In this document: in pieces, positions 29,512-37,044 of the stretch
How the letters are laid out: the number at the start of each line of letters is the position of its first letter
Numbering within the stretch: the stretch's first letter is position 1
DNA from: a virus
Lineage: Duplodnaviria; Caudoviricetes
IMG/VR virus record: IMGVR_UViG_3300022307_000005
Location: 1 to 39,181 of that record
Length of the DNA: 39,181 bases
Direction: 5' to 3' (one strand)
Position numbers and translations under genes: made by a program
Notes under the pieces: model-generated
What the model saw: the letters and a program-made list of their open reading frames with translations, nothing else
Databases searched by the model: none
What the model was told of the DNA's origin: nothing

Positions 29512-31662
29512 TTACGGGAACGAATACCCGGCTGTCCATGTTCCAGGGGTGCCAGCAACAGTACACTGCCAATATGATGGCTGACCACTTGCCGCGCCAG
29601 TATTAAAAACAATATCGCCTTGAGACCAAGCGCCTGCGACAGGCGCGGCAGCCCCAAATTTTATATGGTTGGTTCCCATAAGAATATAATTATCGCCACC
29701 ATTTGCTCCTACTTGAATGTTTTTACCGGCAATTATATCATCAGACGCCCTAAAATTACCATCACTTCTTAAATTTTGGTAATATGTGCAGTTTGTATAG
29801 GTTACAGTCCCAGATACGTTTTTAAAAATAGCAGATGATGATGCACCGATAAAACTTTGGGTACAGTTACTATTTGAAACATTAAGCTTTGTAGTCCACC
29901 AATGCATCGCTCCTGCCGAACCGCCAGAGATATAAACGTTATTAACATCAATAAGATCAGATACCGCAGTAGCGCACTCAATAATGTCTGAATTGGCGTT
30001 AGGGTAGACCCCTAAATTAGATATTTTGCCGCTATACGCACCGTTGAGCTTTATTATGTCTTTATTTAATGTTCCGCTGGTATCTCTAATATAGATACTA
30101 TTTAACTCGAATCCATATACAGGTTGAAAATCAAATATACTTCCAGATGCAGTGCTTAATATTCTCGCTCCATCAACCGTAACATTACGAGTTAGCGTTC
30201 CAGACGAAACAATTTGAAATAGCGATGATGTATTAGCGCATTCCACATTTAAATTTTTAAAGTGGACCCCTTCGATACTCCCTCCAGTTGCATCCAGTTT
30301 AATTAATCCAGTACCGACATAAAAATTATTAAATAAATAGCCAACATTGTATCCAGTCATGTTTAACGTAAAATAACTTGGGTCGTCTAATTCAACAAAT
30401 ATATTACTAAACTCAGAATATCCGGCTGAAGTTGCCCTATAAATTAATATACCGCCAACGCCGGTGATATCTATATTAGAATATGTATTTTCATTCGCAT
30501 ACCAACAATATAGTCCATACCCTGTTGCCCCTGATCCACCCTGATTAATCAGTCGTAAGTCATGGACATTAGCCCTATACGCCTGCACCCTTAAAATATT
30601 CCCATCAAGATCATGCCCATCAATTGTCATATCAGATATTTCATGAGCAGCGAACGACCCTGAAGTTACAACAACATTAGTCCCACTTATTTTATATAAA
30701 TATGTTCCTCCGTTGTCATCAACAGAACGTATCCCAGCACCCTGTAATTTCTGCCCATCTTTTAAAATGGAATGCCCCCCAGTAGTTCCATAATAACCGT
30801 TTCCAAGTTTAACATTTTTGCCGGTATAAAGAGCATGGTCAATCGCATCGGTGCAATCCGTCACAGTCCCAATAGACGCAGCAGATACACATCCCCACTG
30901 TTCTGGCGAAACCTCTGTTATATTGCTGTTCTCTGTTGGATATATTATATGGCCAGTTCCATTTCCCCAATCAAATATTTGTTGAGAATTTTCTGCGTTA
31001 ATAGACCCCCCCCAAGTAAACGATGCGTTATTTGCGTCGTCAACTATTCTTGCGCCAGTTTCAAACTCAAGAGTAATATTGGTATACGCTGAAGCACCCC
31101 ATGTTGTTGAACACGTATAGTCAGTCGTATTCCCGCCGCTTGTATGCCGAAAGATGATTGTGGCTTTTTCAGAAGTCCCAACAGCTACCGCCAAATCATA
31201 AAATGAATCCCCGCTTCCGGCTGTACACTGATCCGATTCCGAAACATCGACCTGATAGACATTTCCTATTTCTAAAACTCCGTTTTGATCTGTAACGTTT
31301 ACTCCGGTCGCGTTTAAATTAGAAACATTGGCCGTTACTATCGTAGCGGTCGTTCCAAGAATTGAAGTGGCACCAACGACATCAACTTGGACCGTCCCAT
31401 GGCTTGAATTTAACGTATTCGCCGTAACTACGTCCCCCGTAACAGAATCAAACGTTCCTGTTCGAACACCCCCGGTCAAATCTATGCAATCCGCCGCCCC
31501 CCCAGAAGTTCGAATTTTAGTTACATCGTCAACATTTCCAGAAGTATCTTTAGTAACTGTAATACGTGTGGCAGATTCTAACCAATTATTATGAAAAAAA
31601 TTTCCGAAGACAAGAAAGCCCAAATATAATAAAGCTACCGAAAGAATAATTTTACTTTTCAC
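29512..31662 (-). CDS. Tailspike-like beta-helix protein with N-terminal signal/anchor
   Basis: Likely GTG start 31662 (MKSKIILSVALLYLGFLVFG); VSPEQWG..DCTDAIDHAL pectate-lyase-3-like cap, beta-helix rungs, C-terminal AP..GAWSQGDIVFN..WQC..GTPGTW. Confidence 0.8.
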   Translation of the reverse strand: MKSKIILSVALLYLGFLVFGNFFHNNWLESATRITVTKDTSGNVDDVTKIRTSGGAADCIDLTGGVRTGTFDSVTGDVVTANTLNSSHGTVQVDVVGATSILGTTATIVTANVSNLNATGVNVTDQNGVLEIGNVYQVDVSESDQCTAGSGDSFYDLAVAVGTSEKATIIFRHTSGGNTTDYTCSTTWGASAYTNITLEFETGARIVDDANNASFTWGGSINAENSQQIFDWGNGTGHIIYPTENSNITEVSPEQWGCVSAASIGTVTDCTDAIDHALYTGKNVKLGNGYYGTTGGHSILKDGQKLQGAGIRSVDDNGGTYLYKISGTNVVVTSGSFAAHEISDMTIDGHDLDGNILRVQAYRANVHDLRLINQGGSGATGYGLYCWYANENTYSNIDITGVGGILIYRATSAGYSEFSNIFVELDDPSYFTLNMTGYNVGYLFNNFYVGTGLIKLDATGGSIEGVHFKNLNVECANTSSLFQIVSSGTLTRNVTVDGARILSTASGSIFDFQPVYGFELNSIYIRDTSGTLNKDIIKLNGAYSGKISNLGVYPNANSDIIECATAVSDLIDVNNVYISGGSAGAMHWWTTKLNVSNSNCTQSFIGASSSAIFKNVSGTVTYTNCTYYQNLRSDGNFRASDDIIAGKNIQVGANGGDNYILMGTNHIKFGAAAPVAGAWSQGDIVFNTGAASGQPSYWQCTVAGTPGTWTAGYSFP

Positions 31663-31667
31663 TTTTT

Positions 31668-31919
31668 TTAAACACCTTTCTTTAAACAAGCGGCTATAAA
31701 AGGATCGTGGGGTTCTAACTGATCTTTCAAATACTCAAGAAAACATTCGGCATCACAAAACAATTTATATTCCGAATTATTATGAACAATACGCCTCTCA
31801 CCGGTTGATTCATCAAGTTCAATAACCAGTTTTACCCGATAGCGCAGTCTATCTTTTTTAACCGCTGCTGTCGTTTCGCTATCGCAGTTATCACAAATCG
31901 GTGTTATTGTAAAACCCAT
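31668..31919 (-). CDS. Small zinc-finger (TRASH-like) protein
   Basis: CDNC ... FCDAEC. Confidence 0.65.
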   Translation of the reverse strand: MGFTITPICDNCDSETTAAVKKDRLRYRVKLVIELDESTGERRIVHNNSEYKLFCDAECFLEYLKDQLEPHDPFIAACLKKGV

Positions 31920-32521
31920 AAATCTTCCTCTTTTTCAGAGGAGTTGTCTTCCTCCAGATTCACATCTATAATCTCTCCCACTTCGCAGTCTGCCATACCG
32001 GACCCACCGGTAACAAACTGAGCAATCGCTTGTAGAGTGCCTCTATCCAATTGAAAATTGGCCCCCTCAGCGTTTAAAATATTGTTCATGATAGTCGTGG
32101 GTTGTTTAGAAGGAGAAATGTTTAAAATAGAATGAAACTCTTGAATGGCACTCAACTGAACTTTTTCGCTCGCCGCGTTTTTACAAAGATTAATAAACTT
32201 ATCGCTTATATCATCTATTTCTTCGGCATACCGAGCAACAACCCCTTGTACGGCTTGCTGGATATCTTTATTCTTCAGCCGAAGATTTGTAGCTGTACGA
32301 ACCGAAAGCCCGTACTGCCCCGCAATAAAGTTATCAATCTCATGTTTGGGTTTCCCCTCCAACATCATCCGGGTTACATCTTTGGCTATATTGGAGTTTC
32401 TTGTCGCAAGATTGGGATGAGTGTTTGTGGCCAGTGCCTTGCCGGTACTGGTAAGAGGTGGATATGTCAAAGTGGAAACAGTCTCTTTATTTTTTTTTTG
32501 GCTTTTCTTCTTCGCCGCCAT
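31904..32521 (-). CDS. Putative terminase small subunit
   Basis: First gene of late operon; HTH-like IAGQYGLSVRTA, SEKVQLSAIQE, acidic EIIDV tail. Confidence 0.55.
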   Translation of the reverse strand: MAAKKKSQKKNKETVSTLTYPPLTSTGKALATNTHPNLATRNSNIAKDVTRMMLEGKPKHEIDNFIAGQYGLSVRTATNLRLKNKDIQQAVQGVVARYAEEIDDISDKFINLCKNAASEKVQLSAIQEFHSILNISPSKQPTTIMNNILNAEGANFQLDRGTLQAIAQFVTGGSGMADCEVGEIIDVNLEEDNSSEKEEDLWVLQ

Positions 32522-32589
32522 GGCTTTTTTTCCTTACATTTTAAAGCTCCGCCCGGTCGATTACAAGTATTAAAAACTTTTATAAATAA

Positions 32590-32619
32590 ATTTTATATCT
32601 AAAATTACATGTTTGTCAA
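32590..32619 (-). promoter_or_regulatory. sigma70-type promoter for the late operon
   Basis: TTGACA (32619-32614)-N18-TAAAAT (32595-32590), about 70 bp upstream of ATG 32521. Confidence 0.65.
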
Positions 32620-32635
32620 GAACTTTCTTTTAAAC

Positions 32636-32680
32636 AAAAAAAAGAGTTTTAAGCTTTTTAGGCCTAAAACTCTTTTTTTT
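32636..32680 (-). terminator. Intrinsic, potentially bidirectional terminator
   Basis: A8-GAGTTTTAGGC-loop-GCTTAAAACTC-T8 on minus strand. Confidence 0.8.
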
Positions 32681-32771
32681 CCTACTCGTGAACCGTTTTA
32701 GCCCCCCAGCCGCAACGGATCTCCATAGAATAATTAATATGTATCTTAAGATTTAGAGTTTGTCAAGAAAT

Positions 32772-33383
32772 TTATATTACATCCCAATAAGCGTCCTTAA
32801 TCTCTTCCTCTTGAACGCAAAGGTAATCAAGAGTTTGCTTCTGGCTGGAATGATTAAACATTGTCATCAGCACCGGCAAACCAACCCCTTTCTGTCTCTT
32901 CATATAACCGAAAGTCTTTCTCAAAGAATGAGACCCAAAATTTCCTTTTATCCCACAAGCCCGAGCCCAACTTTTCACTTTCGCGTTTAACCCAGGCACG
33001 GTCACCCGCCCCCGCTGCCCAAAGAACAAAGCCTCTTCGAGCCCAATACCTCTCCGTTTCCATTTCTTCAGGTTATTTATAACTCTCACCGCATCAGCGT
33101 TCAAAAGAACCACCCTCGGCTTCTGAGTCTTCTTTTCCCGAAGAAGTATCTTAGGCATATCTTTTGAGTTTTTAGGAACCTCAAGATCCTCAACCTGGTA
33201 ATTACAAATCCCCAAAAGATCAACGGCCCTCAAATTGGTATTTATCCCCACGACAAACAACGCCAGATCGAGCGGTTTATCTTTCAGAAAATTCTTAATC
33301 TTCGAAATACTTTTCTCAGTTTTAAAAGGCTCAACTTTAATTATAGAGCCTTTTTTTGGATGATTAGGATTTTTTAGTGCCAT
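32772..33383 (-). CDS. Short tyrosine recombinase (catalytic domain only)
   Basis: R (TNLR), K (EKKT), HSLRK, NHSS, Y (DYL); 203 aa, no arm- or core-binding domain evident. Confidence 0.93.
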   Translation of the reverse strand: MALKNPNHPKKGSIIKVEPFKTEKSISKIKNFLKDKPLDLALFVVGINTNLRAVDLLGICNYQVEDLEVPKNSKDMPKILLREKKTQKPRVVLLNADAVRVINNLKKWKRRGIGLEEALFFGQRGRVTVPGLNAKVKSWARACGIKGNFGSHSLRKTFGYMKRQKGVGLPVLMTMFNHSSQKQTLDYLCVQEEEIKDAYWDVI

Positions 33384-33421
33384 TTTTTCAATATCCTTAA
33401 TCTTTTAAGTGAGATCATTGG

Positions 33422-33571
33422 TTACTCCCACATGTATTTGAATTCTATGAATGCTTCTTCGACAGGGCGGTATCTTCTTCGTGTATCTGGCACAAACAGC
33501 AAATAGTCAAACAGGATCGATATTAAAGCTTCTTCGTCCGAACAATATCCCAAAAAATTAAACCAGGTCAT
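33422..33571 (-). CDS. Small hypothetical protein (49 aa)
   Basis: Hand translation MTWFNFLGYCSDEEALISIL...KYMWE*; GAGGTG RBS. Confidence 0.5.
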   Translation of the reverse strand: MTWFNFLGYCSDEEALISILFDYLLFVPDTRRRYRPVEEAFIEFKYMWE

Positions 33572-33673
33572 ATATTAATCACCTCTGCGTGTTGATATTC
33601 CTCATACCCAAAATCTTTACTATAACCAAGAAACAGCCCATTTTCTAAGATTTGATAATGTTTGCAACCTTTA

Positions 33674-33859
33674 TCATTTGAAGCGAATTTTTCTATACAA
33701 TTCCGCCCCCTCCTCATCGCCGGCCGATTGAACGCAAACATTAAACAAAGTGTCATTATAGACCTCGTAGGCTTTAAAGAACTTTTTCAAAAGATCTGCG
33801 TCCTTTATCTCGTCATGAATAAAATAAACCATTTCCTGCATCGACCTGGCTTTAAGCAT
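33674..33859 (-). CDS. Small hypothetical protein, possibly continuing by frameshift to 33568
   Basis: AGGAGG RBS directly after the consensus promoter. Confidence 0.65.
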   Translation of the reverse strand: MLKARSMQEMVYFIHDEIKDADLLKKFFKAYEVYNDTLFNVCVQSAGDEEGAELYRKIRFK

Positions 33860-33891
33860 ATCGTCCTCCTTATTTTTAAGTTTATGGGTTA

Positions 33892-33920
33892 AGTATACCG
33901 GTTAGTTAATGAGATGTCAA
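33892..33920 (-). promoter_or_regulatory. Near-consensus sigma70 promoter for the recombinase operon
   Basis: TTGACA (33920-33915)-N17-TATACT (33897-33892). Confidence 0.85.
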
Positions 33921-34234
33921 GAACTAATTAAATATTTTTTGAAAAAATTAATGTCTCAGCGAATGTAAGCACGAATCAGATAAACTTTTTATTGTGAAAG
34001 TTAATGAGTGGTTTTGGTTATTGTGTGTTGCGTGTTGGGAGCTGGGGCGACCGGTCGCGGGGCAACGACGATTCGCTCTCCCCACCCCCCGCCGGCACCA
34101 TACCCCCCCCCTGTCAAAACGTCCTGCAAGCCGTATTATACACAATAACAATGGTTTACATAGGAAATAACTCGTTAACTAATACATAATAGTTAACCGG
34201 TTTACCAGTGTAGCCTACCGGACCGGGGAAAAAG

Positions 34235-34270
34235 AGTCGCATTATTGCGACTGGTCGCATTGTTGCGACC
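34235..34270. promoter_or_regulatory. Two abutting 18-bp palindromes, candidate protein-binding sites
   Basis: AGTCGCA-TTAT-TGCGACT and GGTCGCA-TTGT-TGCGACC, each with perfect 7-bp arms. Confidence 0.65.
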
Positions 34271-34368
34271 GTGAGCGCGAAAGCGCCAGCTCCACCGGAT
34301 CGGCAACTCATACATACTAAAACTAACCAATAATAACCATAAACGATAGATACACACAATTGATATTG

Positions 34369-34435
34369 ATTCCTTTGTGTTCAGTTATTGAACACTCAAA
34401 CAATTCCTTTGTGTTCAGTTATTGAACACTCAAAC
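34369..34435. repeat. Exact 33-bp direct repeat x2, each containing a 19-bp palindrome (candidate enhancer sites)
   Basis: ATTCCTTTGTGTTCAGTTATTGAACACTCAAAC at 34369 and 34403; GTGTTCA-N5-TGAACAC at 34377 and 34411. Confidence 0.9.
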
Positions 34436-34440
34436 CACAC

Positions 34441-34482
34441 AAAACTATTAAATAATTTAATAAAACTATAAAATAATTTAAT
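34441..34482. repeat. AT-rich 21-bp tandem repeat
   Basis: AAAACTATTAAATAATTTAAT / AAAACTATAAAATAATTTAAT; a third degenerate copy near 34525. Confidence 0.8.
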
Positions 34483-34568
34483 ATAATAATAATACCAAGC
34501 ATATACAAACAGAATAACCTACCAAACTATTAAATTATTTTATAACCTAAATTACACACACTTAATAA

Positions 34569-34581
34569 AATCAATAGGTTA
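34569..34581 (+). promoter_or_regulatory. IHF binding site
   Basis: AATCAA-TAGG-TTA, exact match to WATCAA-N4-TTR with AT-rich DNA upstream. Confidence 0.7.
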
Positions 34582-34585
34582 CATT

Positions 34586-34602
34586 TTGGCACGGTTGTAG
34601 CA
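34586..34602 (+). promoter_or_regulatory. sigma54 (RpoN) -24/-12 promoter
   Basis: TTGGCACG-GTTG-TAGCA; GG 34588-9, N10, GC 34600-1; one mismatch to TGGCACG-N4-TTGCW; AGGAGG and ATG 34657 downstream. Confidence 0.75.
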
Positions 34603-34656
34603 GTATACATAGGCAGTGGCACACAGACAACCAGAAAAAGAAAGGAGGAATTTACA

Positions 34657-34923
34657 ATGAATTATATTAATAAACTTCCGTGCGAGCCGGAAAGGGGCGA
34701 TGTTATCGAGGTTACACGCCGAAATGTTTCCAACAATAATGGCAGAGACTGGGCAAAACACGTTTGCGTCAGCTACATTAGTGTTGATGCTGCATACCGA
34801 GGGACGAATTTTCACGACGGCCCGTCAATGAGTGTATTTGACGGAAATTGTAATAAAATATATAGCGGCCGGTATGAAACATACTGCCGTAAATGGAGTG
34901 GGAAACGCTGGTTATCTGTGTGA
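34657..34923 (+). CDS. Hypothetical protein, first gene of rightward operon
   Basis: AGGAGG RBS. Confidence 0.65.
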   Translation: MNYINKLPCEPERGDVIEVTRRNVSNNNGRDWAKHVCVSYISVDAAYRGTNFHDGPSMSVFDGNCNKIYSGRYETYCRKWSGKRWLSV

Positions 34924-35060
34924 GTGACACACAGGCAACCGCCGGGCAGTAGAGAGTCAAAATTTGTGCTACCATACAATCCCGTAGCAATTGATGCAAA
35001 AGAAGCATTGTGGCTACATCCTATAAATAAGGACATAAAACATTTACGGGAGGTAACGTC

Positions 35061-35387
35061 ATGAAAAACCGCCGACAATGGCAATTTTCCAGAGCAACGT
35101 GTGACAAAATCCGCACGTATCGAATAGAGCAATGGGTGGAGAACGTTGTGCATCGGCTGAAATGGGAGAGAGAAAACAGGAGGAAACAATTAAATAACAT
35201 CAAACAACGGAAGGATAAAAAAATGGCAAAAGAATACAAAATATGGATCGAAATTGAAGAGTACGACACGGAGACCGAAGAAAGCACGGAGACAATTATC
35301 GATGATATGGTTTGTATCCGAGTTTTCGACAACAAAGAATCCGCACAGGCATTTTTGCATGATTTAGAATTAAAATACGACTTCTAA
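35061..35387 (+). CDS. Hypothetical protein (possible second start at MAKEYK)
   Basis: GGAGGT RBS; basic N-half, acidic C-half. Confidence 0.6.
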   Translation: MKNRRQWQFSRATCDKIRTYRIEQWVENVVHRLKWERENRRKQLNNIKQRKDKKMAKEYKIWIEIEEYDTETEESTETIIDDMVCIRVFDNKESAQAFLHDLELKYDF

Positions 35388-35400
35388 GGAGAATACAATC

Positions 35401-35604
35401 ATGACACTTTCAGCAAAACGAATATACCGAATAAACCGTAAAAACCATACCGAAACATTAACATACAAGACATGCATGGACTGCGTAATAAACGGAAAAT
35501 ACCTGCCGTTAAACGGCATCGTAATAAGCGCGAAACCGGAATTCATAATGGATAGAAATGACAAACCTTTCTGGTGCGCAACATGCGGGAACAAAATAAC
35601 CTAA
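35401..35604 (+). CDS. Small zinc-finger protein
   Basis: CMDC ... CATC; AAGGAG RBS. Confidence 0.65.
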   Translation: MTLSAKRIYRINRKNHTETLTYKTCMDCVINGKYLPLNGIVISAKPEFIMDRNDKPFWCATCGNKIT

Positions 35605-35621
35605 CCAAGGAGATATATAAA

Positions 35622-36557
35622 ATGACACATTCAAAATATTGGGATGATTTTCAACGTAGAGCCCGCGAAACAGTGTATTGTCTTCAAAATAATAAACCAG
35701 TTCCCGTTCGTAGAGTTGCTGTATTTATCACTAACCAGTGTAACTTTAGATGTTCATATTGCAATCACAGTCAGGATAAAAAACAGATGCAGCGAGAAGT
35801 ATTTGAAAAAATTATAGAGGATAACCGGGATGCCATTATTCATATTACAGGAGGGGAGCCTTCTACAGTTTCTTGGTTGTATGACTTTATAGATTCAACT
35901 CCGGGAGTCCGATTTCATTTAAACACCAACGGGTTTATTAAACCACCCAGAAATATTCAAAGATTAAAAGCTTCGTTGGATACAGTATCTCCAAAATATT
36001 TTGATTTCATAACTGGTACGTCAGGTGCATATAATAAAGTTATGCAGCACATTCAAGAAGCAAGTTTATATACTACTGTTAGCATTACCTATACGCTCAC
36101 AAAAGAGAATTATTTACTCGCACCCTCTTTTATGCGCCAAGTTAGAAAAACATTCCCCAAGGTATATGCTACTTTTTTCAGCGTTTATAAGGGAACAAAT
36201 CCGAGATTTATGTTTAATGAAGAATCTGCAAATGATTTTTTTGAAAATGTAAAATACAACCTCGAACTGGAGATGGATGAAGAAAGTTACCGGTTGTTTC
36301 AGGAAACCATAACAGAAAAACAGAGAATTATGCAGGGAATTAGATTCCCAGAAAACAAAATTGAAACCCCGTGTTATCTTTCTATGTCAGAAAGGGTATT
36401 TTCCCCCTCGGGAGAAAAATTTAACTGTTCTCATTTATACCGAGACAGTATTCAACACGTAAGGCATAACATTCAAAGTCGATGCCAATATGGATGTAAT
36501 ACAAGGTTGGCTCAATTTAATCAAGATGTAGCCGCTAAGCTGACTCAAGGGCCATAA
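35622..36557 (+). CDS. Radical SAM enzyme with C-terminal Twitch/SPASM-like cysteines
   Basis: CNFRCSYC, ITGGEP, NTNG, ASLD; CYLS..FNCSH..RCQYGC; AAGGAG RBS before ATG 35622. Confidence 0.92.
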   Translation: MTHSKYWDDFQRRARETVYCLQNNKPVPVRRVAVFITNQCNFRCSYCNHSQDKKQMQREVFEKIIEDNRDAIIHITGGEPSTVSWLYDFIDSTPGVRFHLNTNGFIKPPRNIQRLKASLDTVSPKYFDFITGTSGAYNKVMQHIQEASLYTTVSITYTLTKENYLLAPSFMRQVRKTFPKVYATFFSVYKGTNPRFMFNEESANDFFENVKYNLELEMDEESYRLFQETITEKQRIMQGIRFPENKIETPCYLSMSERVFSPSGEKFNCSHLYRDSIQHVRHNIQSRCQYGCNTRLAQFNQDVAAKLTQGP

Positions 36558-36613
36558 ACAGAAACGGTCAATGCTAACAGCTGCCCCGGAACGGGAATAT
36601 AAGGAGATAAAAA

Positions 36614-36865
36614 ATGAACTCAATTTCACTCTTTACCCAATTTTTCAAAAAATCACATCCACAATTAAAGGAAAAATATATAAAAAATTTCCTTGACTGC
36701 CGGAATTTATCCGACCCCAATACAATAAACACTTTTCTAACCAACACAAAACCGGTAAACTACATTTGGTCTGCTTTCGACTGGGGGACAGACTCGAAAA
36801 CCGACTGGACTGAAATAAACGCTCAGTGGCATAACCTTTTAACCGAAAAAGGACTTTTGATATGA
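36614..36865 (+). CDS. Hypothetical phage protein
   Basis: AAGGAG RBS; AFDW...W..IN..W motif. Confidence 0.7.
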   Translation: MNSISLFTQFFKKSHPQLKEKYIKNFLDCRNLSDPNTINTFLTNTKPVNYIWSAFDWGTDSKTDWTEINAQWHNLLTEKGLLI

Positions 36866-37044
36866 AAACTTACGAAATAAACGGACGTTTTTTCACAATC
36901 GGGCAAAAAATTACTATCCAATATTTCGATGAAACCGTCAAAGGAACGCTCTTATCGGTCACAGAATCGAAAAAAGACTGGTTTCTAAGTATCAAGACCG
37001 GAAAAGCAACAAAACTCGTTCAAATTTACAAATCACGGCTTTAA
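36862..37044 (+). CDS. Small beta-barrel (SH3/Sm-like) hypothetical protein
   Basis: IGQKITI...VKGTLLSV; ATGA coupling. Confidence 0.6.
   Translation: MKTYEINGRFFTIGQKITIQYFDETVKGTLLSVTESKKDWFLSIKTGKATKLVQIYKSRL

Noticed and set aside
32522-32771. tRNA gene or tRNA-derived attP beside the recombinase
   Set aside because: No cloverleaf or T-loop GTTCRA motif seen
34112-34117. Minus-strand TTGACA as another sigma70 promoter
   Set aside because: The -10 position is GC-rich (CGGCGG)
33948-34359. Short ORFs in the control region
   Set aside because: No RBS; they overlap palindromes and homopolymer tracts
34369-34435. 33-bp hairpin repeat as a mini-CRISPR array
   Set aside because: Only two copies separated by 1 bp, no spacer and no cas operon; better explained as tandem binding sites
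35622-36557. Calling the radical SAM protein QueE, viperin or MoaA
   Set aside because: No partner genes and no family-specific motifs recognised; left unassigned
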